From NCBI RefSeq assembly GCF_009834535.1, contig NC_045697.1:11534001-11598000 (forward strand): DNA of 64,000 nt, in the 5' to 3' direction. Of this stretch, positions 37,175-49,823 are shown piece after piece (positions within the stretch are counted from its first letter, which is position 1; each line of letters starts with the position of its first letter). The position numbers and the translations under genes were made by a program. This DNA is from Camelus ferus (lineage: Eukaryota). The notes below the pieces were generated by a model, which saw only the letters and a program-made list of their open reading frames with translations, did not search any database and was not told the DNA's origin.

Positions 37175-38900
37175 CACCATTCATTCATTTTCTAGGGCAT
37201 AGGGATATAAAGCACACTTTCCGCATGCAGGATATCTCAACGAACAAAATCCATATGATCCACTTATACACAGGGCAGCATAGCACAGTGATTAAGAGAA
37301 CTGGCTTTGGGTTCAAACTGGGTTCAAATCTTCACATACTCACTGTGAGACACTGGACAAATTACTTAACCTCTCTGTGCCTCAGTCTCTTCAACTTTAA
37401 AGTGGGGCTAGCATAATTCTTTCCTCATTGGTTCTTGTAAAGATGTTATGTAAATTTAAAAAAGCACTAAGAATAGCACACGGCCTGTAATATGAACTAC
37501 ATAGGTATTAGCTATCATTGTTACATCCTTGTGCATAGAAGAAACAGGACAGTATGCAAGGGAACAAATCAATAAATGAGATGTCTCTAAATAGTGATAA
37601 GTGGGATCAAAAAATACAGCAATGCAGTGTGATCAGATTGGAGATGAATTTGTTGGGAGATTCTTCTCTGAGAAGTGATGTTTGTGATTAGACCTGAATT
37701 AGTAGGGTCTCTCATGCCGAAATCTGGAGGGAAGCCATTCCCAGTGGAGGAAACACCAAATTCAAAAGGCTGAGAAATGGGATTGAGTTTGGAGTGAGTG
37801 ACAGAAGAAGACCAGGGTAGCTGGAATGTGGTGAGAGTCTGAGGAGTGAGTGGCCCAGATTACGTGGCGGAAGTGACAAGGGCCAACTCATAGAGAGTTC
37901 TGTGGACCAGACTGAGGACCTGGTTATGTACACATTAGCATCTGTGCTGTCTGCAGGACTTCTGGGAGTCTGTCTGGCCACAGATGTGCAGCTACGTGAC
38001 TGGCAGAAACTTAGGTAAGAACCTCCCTAACTCATATGGAGTTTGGGTTTCATTTTAAATACACTGAAAACCACTGCAATAGGGGAAGGGAATACATGTC
38101 CCATAATCAGGTTTTGTGTGTTTGAAGCTAGCACCAGTGGTCATGGGGAGAATGAACTGAGTGAGGGGAGGGGTGGAGAAGGAAGGGAGAAGAGTACTTC
38201 TGACAGGTCTAAATTTTGTGGCTAGTATGATATCGGCCAATTCAATCCATTTCACTTCAATGAATTTAACTCGCCTACTGTGTTTGAAGTCTATGCTGAG
38301 TGGGAGAAATACAAATGGGCCCTGCACAAAAAGAGCTTAGAGTCAGTGGGGAGACTGACAAGGGGAGTAATAAACATTTTTACAAGTCCTGGTGATTCTC
38401 TACAAAGGAAAGAAAAGGTAAAATCTGCTTGAGGAGAGGAGGTCAAGAAAGGCTTCAGGAAGGAAGCAGCACTCAAAGTGAACCCTGAAATGCAAATGGG
38501 TGGAAATGGAAATTGTCATTAGAGGTTGCACAGTGAACAGGGAAATGGAGGTGTGAACTCACCTGTTGAGTTGGGAACAGCACGTTGATGAGTGTAGTTA
38601 AGATGTAGGCTACTGAACAGTGTGATGAAGGGTTCAGCTGGAGAGGTGGGCACAGATCAGATCCTGAAGATTTGTGGATACCCCCCTACGGAGTGTGTTC
38701 TCCACTCCATCCCCATGGACATGGGGAGTTACTGAAAGGAGTCAAGTTTAAGAAGATTGTTCTTGGCAGTCTGCATGATGAATCAGAATGGGGAAGACTG
38801 GCAAAAGGGATGAAGACAATCATTACCGAAAGTCAAAACTAGGACAGTACAGTGAGGAGAAAGAGAGGGGAATGGAGCAACAAGATTGTAAGGGAAAAGG
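37175..38900 (-). mobile_element. L2 fragments (-), with a near-complete MIR (+) inserted at ~37272-37522
   Basis: CATTCATTCATT tail and antisense L2 body; MIR core CTGGGTTCAAATC...TTACTTAACCTCTCTGTGCCTCAGT. Confidence 0.72.
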
Positions 38901-39355
38901 ATCCAGTGGACTTAATCTGCAACTGGACCTGCAAGGAATCTTAGCTCTGCACATAAATATTCTTTGGATGAATGAGTGAGTGGATGATTATCTCTAAGTT
39001 CTATTCATTTGCATGGCTGGATAGTTGAGCCTGCCAGTTATTAAGCCTTGGAAAAGCAAATGATATCCCTCAGCTGCTGCTTGTCATCTTCTGGGGTTCT
39101 AGAAGGATCCATATTTATAAGAGAGGCATTGATGTCAAAGCCTTAAGTAGGACAGCTAGCTCTGGAAGCTGGACCAGCCTGTGCAGACTCAAGAAAACTC
39201 CAGCCTAGACGAGACAGAGAAAAATGCCCTCTTTCCCTAAACCACTGATTCTCTTTAGTACTTGTATTGGTTGAGGTTCAGAGATGAGAGCACCTCTTCT
39301 CATGAAAGAAGAAGCTCCAGCTACCACCATCTTGCCTCCCCAGATGCCTGGAAGC

Positions 39356-39764
39356 CGTTGTGAATTGAATTGTGCCCCCCCCCCCCAGATTTATTTGCTG
39401 AGGTCCTAGCTCCCAGTTCCTTATTTGGAAATAGGGTCGTTGGAGATGTAATTAGTCAAGGCAAGGTGGCACTGGAGTAGTGAGCTCCTAATCCAGTATG
39501 ACTGCTTTCCTTACAAAAAGAGGAAATGTGGACACAGAGACAATATAGAGGGAAGACAATGCGAAGAGACACAGGGAGAAGACAGCCACCTACCAGCCAA
39601 AGAGAGACGGCTGGAACAGACCCTTCCTTCTTCTCAGAAGGGGCCAACCCGTCTGGCATTTTGATTTTGGACTTCTAGCCTCCAGAACTGTGAGATAATG
39701 CATTTATTTTGGTTTAATCACCATTTTGTGTACTTTGTTATTGCAGCCCACAGACAAATCCAGA
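39356..39764 (+). mobile_element. MaLR solo LTR, MLT1B-like
   Basis: TGAATTGTGCCCCC...TTATTTGGAAATAGGGTC...TTGATTTTGGACTTCTAGCCTCCAGAACTGTGAGA. Confidence 0.9.
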
Positions 39765-41617
39765 GAGGTGGCCAGGCTTCCCCCAGGAAGAAGTAGTCTC
39801 AGTCCTTCCAATTCTTTTAGCTCCAGGTAGGAAACGCAATCAAAATAAAGACTATTCCAAAGTGCAACTAGGGCTCATTAAAATGCCTTTGAACCTGACC
39901 TAGCCATAATCACATTAATGATTATTACTAATATTATATAATAGTACCACTCAAGGGCATTTCCTGGAGTTGGAGGGAATAAGAAAGAGGGCTGGTCAAA
40001 ATGGCCACAGGAGATCTGTGAGTTTCCTCTAGTTACCAATAAATAACTGGGGCAAGTTGTAAAGAAGAAATACTTTCTCATTCTCAGTTTCCTCATCTGT
40101 GAAATAAATGGGTTGTCTTGCATGATCTCCAAGTTTCTGGGACTCTAAATTTTCATGAAGCCAAGAGACTTCATATTTTACTGGAAACAAAATTTATACC
40201 CAGAGAAATCTGGTCACGTACAAAATTACATCTGCAATTCTACTTTACACTAGCTTTTATGAATATATCCAGCCATGCAGGTACAACCAACTGACTATGA
40301 AGTTTAGCTGTGAGCATTCCTAATTTATAAAGATTGCCACCGGCATGTAGAAAAAAACATAAATATATTTATAGGCCCTCATGTAATTATAAAGTGCTCT
40401 CATCCTCTGAACAATCAAAGTGAGAAATTATATCATGAATGAACAGCTCTTTCTTGGGCACTTCCTATGTGAAGCACTTAGCTCGGTGTCCTGCACAAGT
40501 AGAGGCTTGGCACACACTTTGTTAGTGGTGAAAGAATTAGCCATTCTTCCTTCTCCCCTTCCAGAGTTTTGCTTGACCCTGTCTTCACATTGTCTTCCCA
40601 TATTAAGTAGAGTTTAAGATTGAGAAATGAGGGCTATCAGAAATAATCGCTCCTTCATAACACCTTGAGAAAGTCTACCTTCTTTAATAAAATAGAAGCA
40701 GGCCCTCCAGGGTCATACCTGGCATGACACAGGACAGCTGGACGTTACAAGAGAACCATGGTCTGCACGATCACTGCATCCATCTGGTGGCCATTGCCCG
40801 TTGCCTGAGGACATGTGCTGTATAGGTCTGAGGTCTCAGAAGAGGACTAGAGATTGGGATTGCTGTGGACCAAACCTCTATATTTGCCATTCTCAGGGAG
40901 AAGAGGGACAAGAGGGTAAGTAATTGTTGCCATTATGAGTGGGTATCTTTTGCCAGATCAGAGGCAGCCATTGTTTTATATGAGAGGTTTCATGTTCCTG
41001 CTTTATCATGAGAATACAGTGGCGTCCAGAGACATCACTGACATAGTATTAGAAGCCATTAAGCGACCTTGGGCAAGTCACTTCCCTTCTCTTTAAAATG
41101 AAGAGGTTGAACTCAATCTGAGGTTTTCAATTTCTCCTTGAGCAGCAGAGTCCTCAGTACACACGACTGATGCAGTGGAGCCTCTCAGGTTGAGTGGGTG
41201 GGCACCATGTTCTCCCCACTCAAGCTACCTTCTCACTCCCCAGACAATCAGGGCTCCAAGGAAGGAAGTTTGAGTCCCCAGAACCACGGATCTCCAACAT
41301 ACCTTCGGGCACATTGATGATAATAGCCCCTTGTTTGTACGGCTGCACACAATTTGCAAACTACTTTCACATACTCCCCTGCATTTAACTTAGCATCCAG
41401 TCATTTCAAGTAAGAGATCAAAAGTGAAAAGTAGTTACATTTCCAGCTTTTAATGCCACAGAGTGTGGACTGTCCAGAAGGTTTGGCAGCCAGACTATTC
41501 TGCAGAGTGAGATGAGTTTTAGAATCCTCAAGCCAGCCTGGGTTCCAGTGCTTTATAAATGTTTGAACAAACCCCCTTGTCTGTTCCTGTCTCTTACTAA
41601 TATAAAAATAAATGCTA

Positions 41618-43366
41618 GGAGGAGGCCAAGATGGCGGAGTAGAAGGACGCTTGTAGCTCACCCCCTCCTACAAATACACCAAGACTCACATCCACAGACC
41701 CACTCAGCCAACCAGAGCACCTGCAGAACTCCGACAGAACATTGTCCTCTTCAAACGACAGAGACGCCAAAAATCTGGTAGTAGAAAAGGAAAAACCAAA
41801 GAAGAAAAGGCAAAACAGTGCGGGACGGGTCCCGCAGGGAGGCAGCAGCAGCAAAGGAGGACTGGCATTCGTTCGCTGGGTCTCCCGTCTCCAACTGAGA
41901 GGCCAGTGGGACGGAGGGGGAGCCTCTGAGGCTTGGATCCGTACAGAGCGTGACTGACAGAACGAAGTTAAACCTGCACAGAGGGTCGCTGCGACACCCA
42001 GCTCGAGACGCGGGCTGGCAGCTGGGGGCAGGACCAGGCTGCCCTAGCTGGGCGGAGGATGGGGGACAGCTGTACTGTGGCAGCCCCGGGGGACTGCAGG
42101 GGGCTGCACGCCGTGGCTGTGTGTGCACAGGGCAGAACAACCTGGGCCCTCCATAAAACAACACGGCTGATGTGCCCCGGGGGGAAGGGTGCATACCCCC
42201 ATCTCTGAAAACCCGTGGAAAATTTTCGGTTGAAGAGAGGCGGGGCTCAGGAACAGCCGCCCTATCCTCCAGCGGGTAGCATCCAGGCGGGGGCGGGGGC
42301 GAAACCTGCATCAGCACCTAAGGGCTTAGCAGCCTCAAAGGCCAGACTGAGACTTGTCTACAGCCCGAGGCAAATAGGATCCTTCTGTCCTGGTCCCTCA
42401 GAGAACTTCTCTGCCAAGACAAACAAGGAGCTGGGTTCTGGCCCGGAGCAGGGACAGGGCTGTTTCTCGGCCTTCCCCAAGCCCGCCCACGGAGCACGCA
42501 GCTGCCCAGAGCTGCGGAGTGACCAGTGCCGGTATAGGGCGGGCAGCCCCCTGCCTTTCCTGCTGGAACCGCAGCCCCTGACCGCGGTGCTGGGAGCCCC
42601 CGTCCTCCTACCTGGCCAGTCTGCAACAACTGACTGCAGCATCAGGAGGGGCAGTGACCCGCCCGCCCACAGCAAAGGAGAACTGCACCTGACCCAGTGT
42701 TGGGAAGGGGCACGATCTACTTGCCGACAGGCACTGGGAGCAGCATAGACAAAGGCGCCAACGGAGGGCCTCTAGAAACAGCAAGCTGAGCTTCCAAAAC
42801 AGGGCGAAGACAGAAAGATTTTGCAATATGAGCACACAGTCTCCAGGAGAACACCAACCCCTCCCTTTTTTCTTTTGTTTTTTTAAATCTGTTTTCACCT
42901 GTTCTATTTTCTATTACTCTTTTAATTTTTACTTCTTAAACAATTATATATACTCCCAGTTTTAATCCCTTTTAAATTTTTTAAAAATATTATTATTATT
43001 AATTATTATTATTATTATTATTATTTTAAAAAATCCACATCATTTCATTTTTATTTCTCTTGGTTTTGATGTCCTGTTATTGATTATTCAAGGTTTCAAA
43101 TACACTTTTTCCCTCTTTTCTCCTTTTTTAAAGGTTTTTAAAAGACGTCTCAACCCAATTGCTATTCTGCTTCAACTTGCTCTCCTATTATTCATTATAC
43201 ACTGTTTTCAAATCATTTTTTCTCCCATCTTTTAAGATTCTCTTTCTCTCTGTCTCTTTTATTTTTAATTGTTATTCCTACATAGGCATTAGATACATAA
43301 ATAAATAAACTCTGTAAGGACCACAATAGATAACTGATACTCCATAAACCACAGTGTCAGAGAGGT
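41618..43366 (+). promoter_or_regulatory. L1 5'UTR internal Pol II promoter
   Basis: YY1-type motif AAGATGGCGG starting at 41628. GC/CpG-rich to ~42800, then a T-rich tract with an (ATT)n repeat at ~42988-43025, upstream of the ORF1 ATG. Confidence 0.85.
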
Positions 43367-44269
43367 ATGAGCAAGAAGAAGAAGCAGAGAAACCGTTCCT
43401 AATTAAAAGAACAAGAGAAATCCCCTGAACGAACGATCAATGAAATAGATATCGATAGCCTACTAGATCAAGATTTCAAAAAAGGAGTGGTCAAAGTACT
43501 GAAGGAACTAAAAGAGATAGTGTTTAGAGATATAAAATATGTAAAAAGTGAAATGGATGCTATAAAGAAGAGCCAAGTAGAACTGGTAAACTCATTGGCT
43601 GAGATAAGAAATGATCTAAAGGCTGTGCAAAGCAGACTAGATAATGTAAAAGAACGAATTAGTGACCTAGAAGACAGGACAACAGAAAGCACCCAATCAG
43701 AACAGCTACAAGATAAACAAATAAAAACAAATGAAAATAGCATAAGGGACCTATGGGACAACATAAAGCATGCCAATCTTCATATAATAGGGGTCCCAGA
43801 AGGGGAAGAAAGATCAAAGGGGATTGAAAAGGTATTGGAAGAAATCATGACTGAAAACTTACCAAACTTAAAGAAGGAATCAGATATCCAAGTACAGGAA
43901 GCTCAGAGGGTCCCAAATAGGAAGAACCCAAATAGACCCACACCAAGACATATCATAATCAAGATGGCCAGATTCAAGGATAAAGAAATGATCCTAAAGG
44001 CAGCAAGAGAAAAGCAAAGAGTGTATTACAAGGGAACCCGCATAAGGCTCTCAGCTGATTTCTCTACACGAACACTACAGGCCAGAAGGGAGTGGCAAGA
44101 TATATTCAAAGTCCTGAATGAAAAAAAGATGCAGCCTAGGATACTTTATCCAGCAAGGCTAACCTTTAGGATAGAAGGAGACATAAAGAATTTCACAGAC
44201 AAGAAAAAACTACAAGAGTTTAGCAACACTAAACCCATGCTAAAAGAAATATTGAAAGGTCTACTCTGA
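43367..44269 (+). pseudogene. L1 ORF1p (RNA-binding protein) with a premature stop at codon 12
   Basis: ATG at 43367 reads MSKKKKQRNRS then TAA (43400-43402). The same frame stays open to 44269 and contains L1 ORF1 motifs: coiled coil, NLHIIGVPEGEE, RPTPRHIIIKM, IRLSADFS, ARREW, YPARL. Confidence 0.93.
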
Positions 44270-44663
44270 ATAGAAAAGAAGCAGGGTGCTACAGAAATGA
44301 GAGACTCACAACTGGAAAGGTGATAACACATGAATTACAAATAAACACGAAATTGTAAAAGAAGACATCGAAATCATTGGGAGAGGGAAGCGGGAAAATA
44401 TAGAATTTTTTTTTCTTTCTTTTTAAAATTTTTTGTTCTCGGTAAGATGGGTTTGAGATCATGTTACTATCAGTTTAATAAAAACAGTTATAGTAATGGG
44501 CTAATAGACTTACAAAAAGGGGTAACCACAAGCCAAAAACTTACAAGAGAGTCACAGAAACTAAATAAAAGCCATGTAATACAAAGGAAAATTACCAGAC
44601 CACAAAAGGCAGAAGAAAGGAACAAAGAGGAAATACAAAATCAACTGCAAAGATAAGTTCAAA

Positions 44664-47600
44664 ATGGCAATAAACACACATCTATCATTAATTACTGTAA
44701 AAGTAAATTATCTAAATGCTCCAGTCAAAAGACAGAGTGGCAGACTGGATAATAAAGCAAGAACCTTCAATACGCTGCATACAAGAAACCCACTTTAGGG
44801 AGAAGGACACATATAGATTGACAGTGAAAGGATGGAAAAGGATATTCCATGCAAATGGAAAAACCAAAAAAGCAGGTGTAGCAGTACTGATTTCAGACAA
44901 AATAGACTTTAAAACAAAGGCCATAAAGAAAGATAAAGAAGGACATTTTATAATGATTAAAGGAGTGATACAAGATGAGGATATTACGCTCATTAATATA
45001 TATGCACCCAATATAGAAGCACCAAAATACATAAAACAATTACTAACAGAGATAAAGGGGACATTGATGGGAATACAATCATAGTTGGAGATTTTAACAC
45101 CACATTAACATCACTAGACAGATCTTCCAGACAGAAAATAAATAAGGCAACAGAAAAATTAAATAATACAATAGAAAAATTAGATTTGGTGGATATTCTC
45201 AGAGCATTACACCCCCCAAAAATAGGATATACATTCTTTTCAACTGCACATGGAACATTTCTAGGATTGAGCATGTACTTGGGCACAAAAGAAACCTCAG
45301 CAATGTTAAGAAGATAGAAATTGTCTCAAGCATCTTTACTGACCACAATGCCATGAAACTAGAAATCAACAACAGAGAAACAAAGGAGAAAAAAAGGAAA
45401 GCATGGAGATTAAACAATATGCTATTAAAAAACCAATGGGTCAATGAGGAAATCAAAGCTGAAATTTAAAAATACCTTGAGACAAATGAAAATGAAAGCA
45501 CAACCACACAAAATTTATGGGACACAGCAAAGGCAGTGCTAAGAGGGAAGTTTATAGTGATACAGGCCTTCCTCAAAAAAGAATAACAATCTCAAATAAA
45601 CAATTTAACCCACCAGCTGAAAGAACTAGAAAAAGAAGAACAAAAAACCCCAAAAGGCAGCAGAAGGAAGGAAATTATAAAGATTAGAGAGGAAATAAAT
45701 AAAACAGAGATTTAAAAAACCATAGAAAAAATCAATCAAACCAAAAGCTGGTGTTTTGAAAAAGTAAATAAAATCAACAAACCTCTGGCCAAACTCACAA
45801 AGAAGAAAAAAGAGAGAACACAAATTAGCAAAATAAGAAAGGAAAATGGAGAAATTACAACAAATAAAATAGAAATACAGAATATCATATGAGAATACTA
45901 TGAAAAACTATATGGAACCAAACTGGATAACCTAGAGGAGATGGACAAGTTTCTGGAAACATACTGTCCACCAAGACTGAATCAAGAAGAAACTGACCAC
46001 TTGGACAAACCGACCACTAGAAATGAAATCAAAATAGCAATTTAAAAAACAAAACAAAAAAAAAAAACCTCCCTACAAATAAAAGTCCAGGACCGGACGG
46101 CTTCACTGGGGAATTCTACCAAACATACAAAGAAGAACTCATACCAGTCCTTCTCAAACTCTTCCAGAAGATTGAAAAGGAGGGAATACTCCCAAACTCA
46201 TTCTATGAAGCCACCATCACCCTGATACCAAAACCAGGCAAAGACACTACAAAAAAGGAGAATTATAGGCCAATATCACTGATGAACATAGACGCCAAAA
46301 TCCTCACCAAAATATTAGCAAATAGAATCCAACAACACATAAAAAAGATTATACATCATGACCAAGTGGGGTTCATCCTAGGGACACAAGGGTGGTTCAA
46401 CATATGCAAATCAATCAATCTAACACATCACATCAACAAGAGAAAGGACAAAAACCACATGATCATCTCAATCGATGTAGAAAAAGAATTTGATAAAATT
46501 CAACACCCATTTATGATTAAAAACTCTCACCAAAGTGGGTATAGAGGGAACATATCTCAATATCATAAAAGCTATACACGACAAATCTACAGCCAGCATA
46601 GTACTCAACACTGAAAAACTCAAAAGCTTCCCACTAAAATCTGGGACAAGACAAGGATGCCCACTGTCACCACTCGTATTCAACATAGTCTTGGAAGTCC
46701 TAGCCACAGTAATCAGGCAAGAGAGAGAAATAAAAGGGATCTAAATTGGAAAAGAAGAAGTAAAAGTGTCACTATATGCCAATGACATGTTACTATATAT
46801 AGAAAACCCTAAAAGGTCAACACAAAAACTACTAGAGCTGTTCGAAGAATTTAGCAAGGCAGCAGGTTACAAGATTAACGTTCAAAAATCAGTTGCATTT
46901 CTTTACACTAATGAGGAATCAACAGAAAAAGAAAGAAAAGAAACAATCCCCTTTAAAATAGCACCCAAAGTAATAAAATATCTGGGAATAAATCTAACCA
47001 AGGAGGTGAAAGAATTATACGCAGAAAACTATAAAACATTGATGAAGGAAATTAAAGAAGACTTTAAAAAATGGAAAGATATCCCACGCCCTTGGATTGG
47101 AAGAATCGATATTGTTAAAATGGTCACACTGCCCAAGGCAATCTACGGATTTAATGCAATCCCTATCAAATTACTCAGGACATATTTCACAGAACTAGAA
47201 CAAATCATAATAAAATTTATATGGAATCATTAAAGACCTAGAATTGCCAAAGCACTACTGAAGAGAAAGAAAGAGGCTGGAGGAATAACTCTCCCAGACT
47301 TCAGACAATACTGTAGAGCTACAGTCATCAAGACAGCATGGTATTGGTACAAAAACAGACATATAGACCAATGGAACAGAATAGAGAGCCCAGAAATGAA
47401 CCCACAAACTTTTGGTCAACTCATCTTCGACAAAGGAGGCAAGAATATACAATGGAATAAAGACAGTCTCTTCAGCAAATGGTGTTGGGAAAACTGGACA
47501 GCAGCATGTAAAGCAATGAAGCTAGAACACTCCCTTACACCATATACAAAAATCAACTCAAAATGGATCAAAGACTTAAACATAAGACAAGATACAATAA

Positions 47601-48498
47601 ACCTCCTAGAAGAAAATATAGGCAAAAGAGTATCTGACATACATCCCAAAAATGTTCTCCTAGAACAGTCTACTCAAGCAATAGAAATAAAAGCAAGAAT
47701 AAACATATGGGACCTAATGAAACTTACAAGCTTCTGCACAGCAAAGGAAACCATAAATAAAACAGAAAGACAACCTATGGAATGGGAGAAAATTGTTGCA
47801 AATGAAACAGACAAAGGCTTTATCTCCAGAATATATAAGCAGCTCATACGACTTAATAAGAAACAACCAAACAACCCAATCCAAAAAATGGGCAAAAGAC
47901 CTAAACAAGCAATTCTCCAAGGAAGACATACAAATGATCAATAGGCACATGAAAAAATGCTCAATATCACGAATTATCAGAGAAATGCAAATCAAAACTA
48001 CAATGAGGTATCACCTCACACCAGTCAGAATGGCCATCCATTCAAAAATCCACAAACGACAAATGTTGGAGAGGCTGTGGAGAAAGGAGAACCCTCCTAC
48101 ACTGCTGGTGGGAATGCAGTTTGGTGCAGCCACTGTGGAAAACAGTATGGAGATTCCTCAGAAGACTAGGAATAGACTTACTGTATGACCCAGGAATCCT
48201 GCTCCTGGGCTTATATCCAGAAGGAACCCTACTTCAGGATGACACCTGCACCCCAATGTTCATAGCAGCACTATTTACAATAGCCAAGACATGGAGACAG
48301 CCTAAATGTCCATCAGTGGATGCCTGGATAAAGAAGATGTGGTATATTTATACAATGGGACACTACTCAGTCATAAAAACTGACAACATAACACCATTTG
48401 CAGCAACAGGGATGCTCCTGGAGAATGTCATTCTAAGTGAATTAAGCCAGAAAGAGAAAGAAAAATACCATATGAGATCGCTCATATGTGGAATCTAA
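44664..48498 (+). pseudogene. L1 ORF2p (endonuclease, reverse transcriptase, CCHC), disrupted
   Basis: ATG at 44664. Endonuclease motifs IQETH, NIYAPN, IVGDFN. RT motifs [15 protein letters not shown] (for YADD), KYLGINL. C-terminal [18 protein letters not shown] from 48064. Frameshifts near 44731, 45060 and 45260; stops at 45584, 45890, 46742 and 47231. Confidence 0.95.
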
Positions 48499-49451
48499 AA
48501 AAAAAAAAAGCAAAAAACAAACAAAAAAAAAACCCACAAACAAAACAGAAATAGACTCATAGACATAGAATACAAACTTGTGGTTGCCAAGGGGGTGGAG
48601 GGTGGGAAGGGACAGGCCGGGGTTTCAAAATTGTAGAATAGATAAACAAGATTATACTGTATAGCACAGGGAAATATATACAAGATCTTATGGTAGCTCA
48701 CAGAGAAAAAAATGTGACAATGAATATATATATATATTCATGTATAACTGAAAAATTGTGCTCTACACTGGAATTTGATACATCATTGTAAAATGATTAT
48801 AAATCAATAAAAAATGTTTTAAAAATGCTATTTTTTAGCATTACCATGCATTAGATCAGATATCAGTATGCTTAAATAAATACAGTAGTAGCAGCTAATA
48901 CACATAGTCTAGAAAAAGTTAACTCTAGGAGGCCACATTTTTCACATTTTAAGATAAGTTTCTTTTATCATGGAAGTAATATGTGTTCATGATAAAAAGC
49001 TCAAAGATTAAAAACTAGCAAAAAATACTTACTAATAATTGCCCCAAATGGAGATAATTGCTGTTCACATATGAGTACATACATCCCTGTCTTTTTTGCA
49101 AAATAGAAATAATTACTTTAACTAAAATTGGATGATAGTATACACACACTTTTTAATCTGCTTTTTTCATCCAATGATATATTATCATCACTCCAGGTCA
49201 AGCAGTACATTTCAACAATACCACTGTTTTTTAATTGGAATGTGATTTTCTATGGATAGCCACTGTATATTTAAATAATTAGTGGAAATATCAGCGATTT
49301 CCAGGTTGTTTTTTTTTTTTTTTCCAATTGCAACGCACATGCTTGTGGCTACCTTACTTGAGGAATTGTTGGATCAAAGAATGCGGAAATTTTTTTTTTA
49401 ACTTTTGAAACATGTAGCCCAAAATGTTATACCAAAGTCATCCTGGCCATC

Positions 49452-49820
49452 TGTGGTATGTCAACTTGACTGGCCGAGGAGTGCCAAGATTAAACATTAT
49501 TTCTGGGTGTGTCTGGAATGGTGTTTCCAGATGGAGGTGGACATTTGAATCAATGACTCACTAAAGTAAATTACCCTCCCCAGTGTGTGAGGTATCATCC
49601 AATCCACTGAGGGCCTGAATAGGACAGAAAGTAGGAGAGGGAAGAATTCACTCCTTTTTTCCCCCTTGCCTCTCTGCATGAGGTGGGACACTTAGTTCAT
49701 CTTCTCTAAGCCTTGGGCTGAGATTTACACCATCATCTCCCCTGATATATGTATGTATGTATTTAGATACACATATAGATACAGAGGATGATGTATACAT
49801 GATGAATTCTTTATTTCCAG
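49452..49820 (+). mobile_element. ERVL LTR, MLT2D-like
   Basis: TGTCAACTTGACTGGCC...TTAAACATTATTTCTGGGTGTGTCTG...CATCCAATCCACTGAGGGCCTGAATAG. Confidence 0.85.
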
Positions 49821-49823
49821 ACC

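Larger units (their letters stand above)
41618..48822 (+). mobile_element. Full-length LINE-1 retrotransposon, lineage-specific (probably camelid), inactivated
   Basis: Starts GGAGGAGGCCAAGATGGCGG. CpG-rich 5'UTR, ORF1 and ORF2 homology, 3'UTR and AATAAA at 48806-48811. Flanked by direct repeat AAATGCTA (41610-41617 and 48823-48830). Confidence 0.97.

Noticed and set aside
204..41500. Many 60-170 aa ORFs in the six-frame track (e.g. 5734-6234, 13954-14319, 18427-18840)
   Set aside because: They lie mostly in L2, LTR or MIR remnants, often start at GTG/TTG, show no recognisable domain, and have lengths expected by chance.
43468..47995. Hydrophobic minus-strand ORFs overlapping the L1
   Set aside because: These are the usual antisense shadows of A-rich L1 coding sequence.
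44664..48498. RT and endonuclease fragments read as a novel retron-like or defence system
   Set aside because: All fragments are collinear parts of canonical mammalian LINE-1 ORF2.
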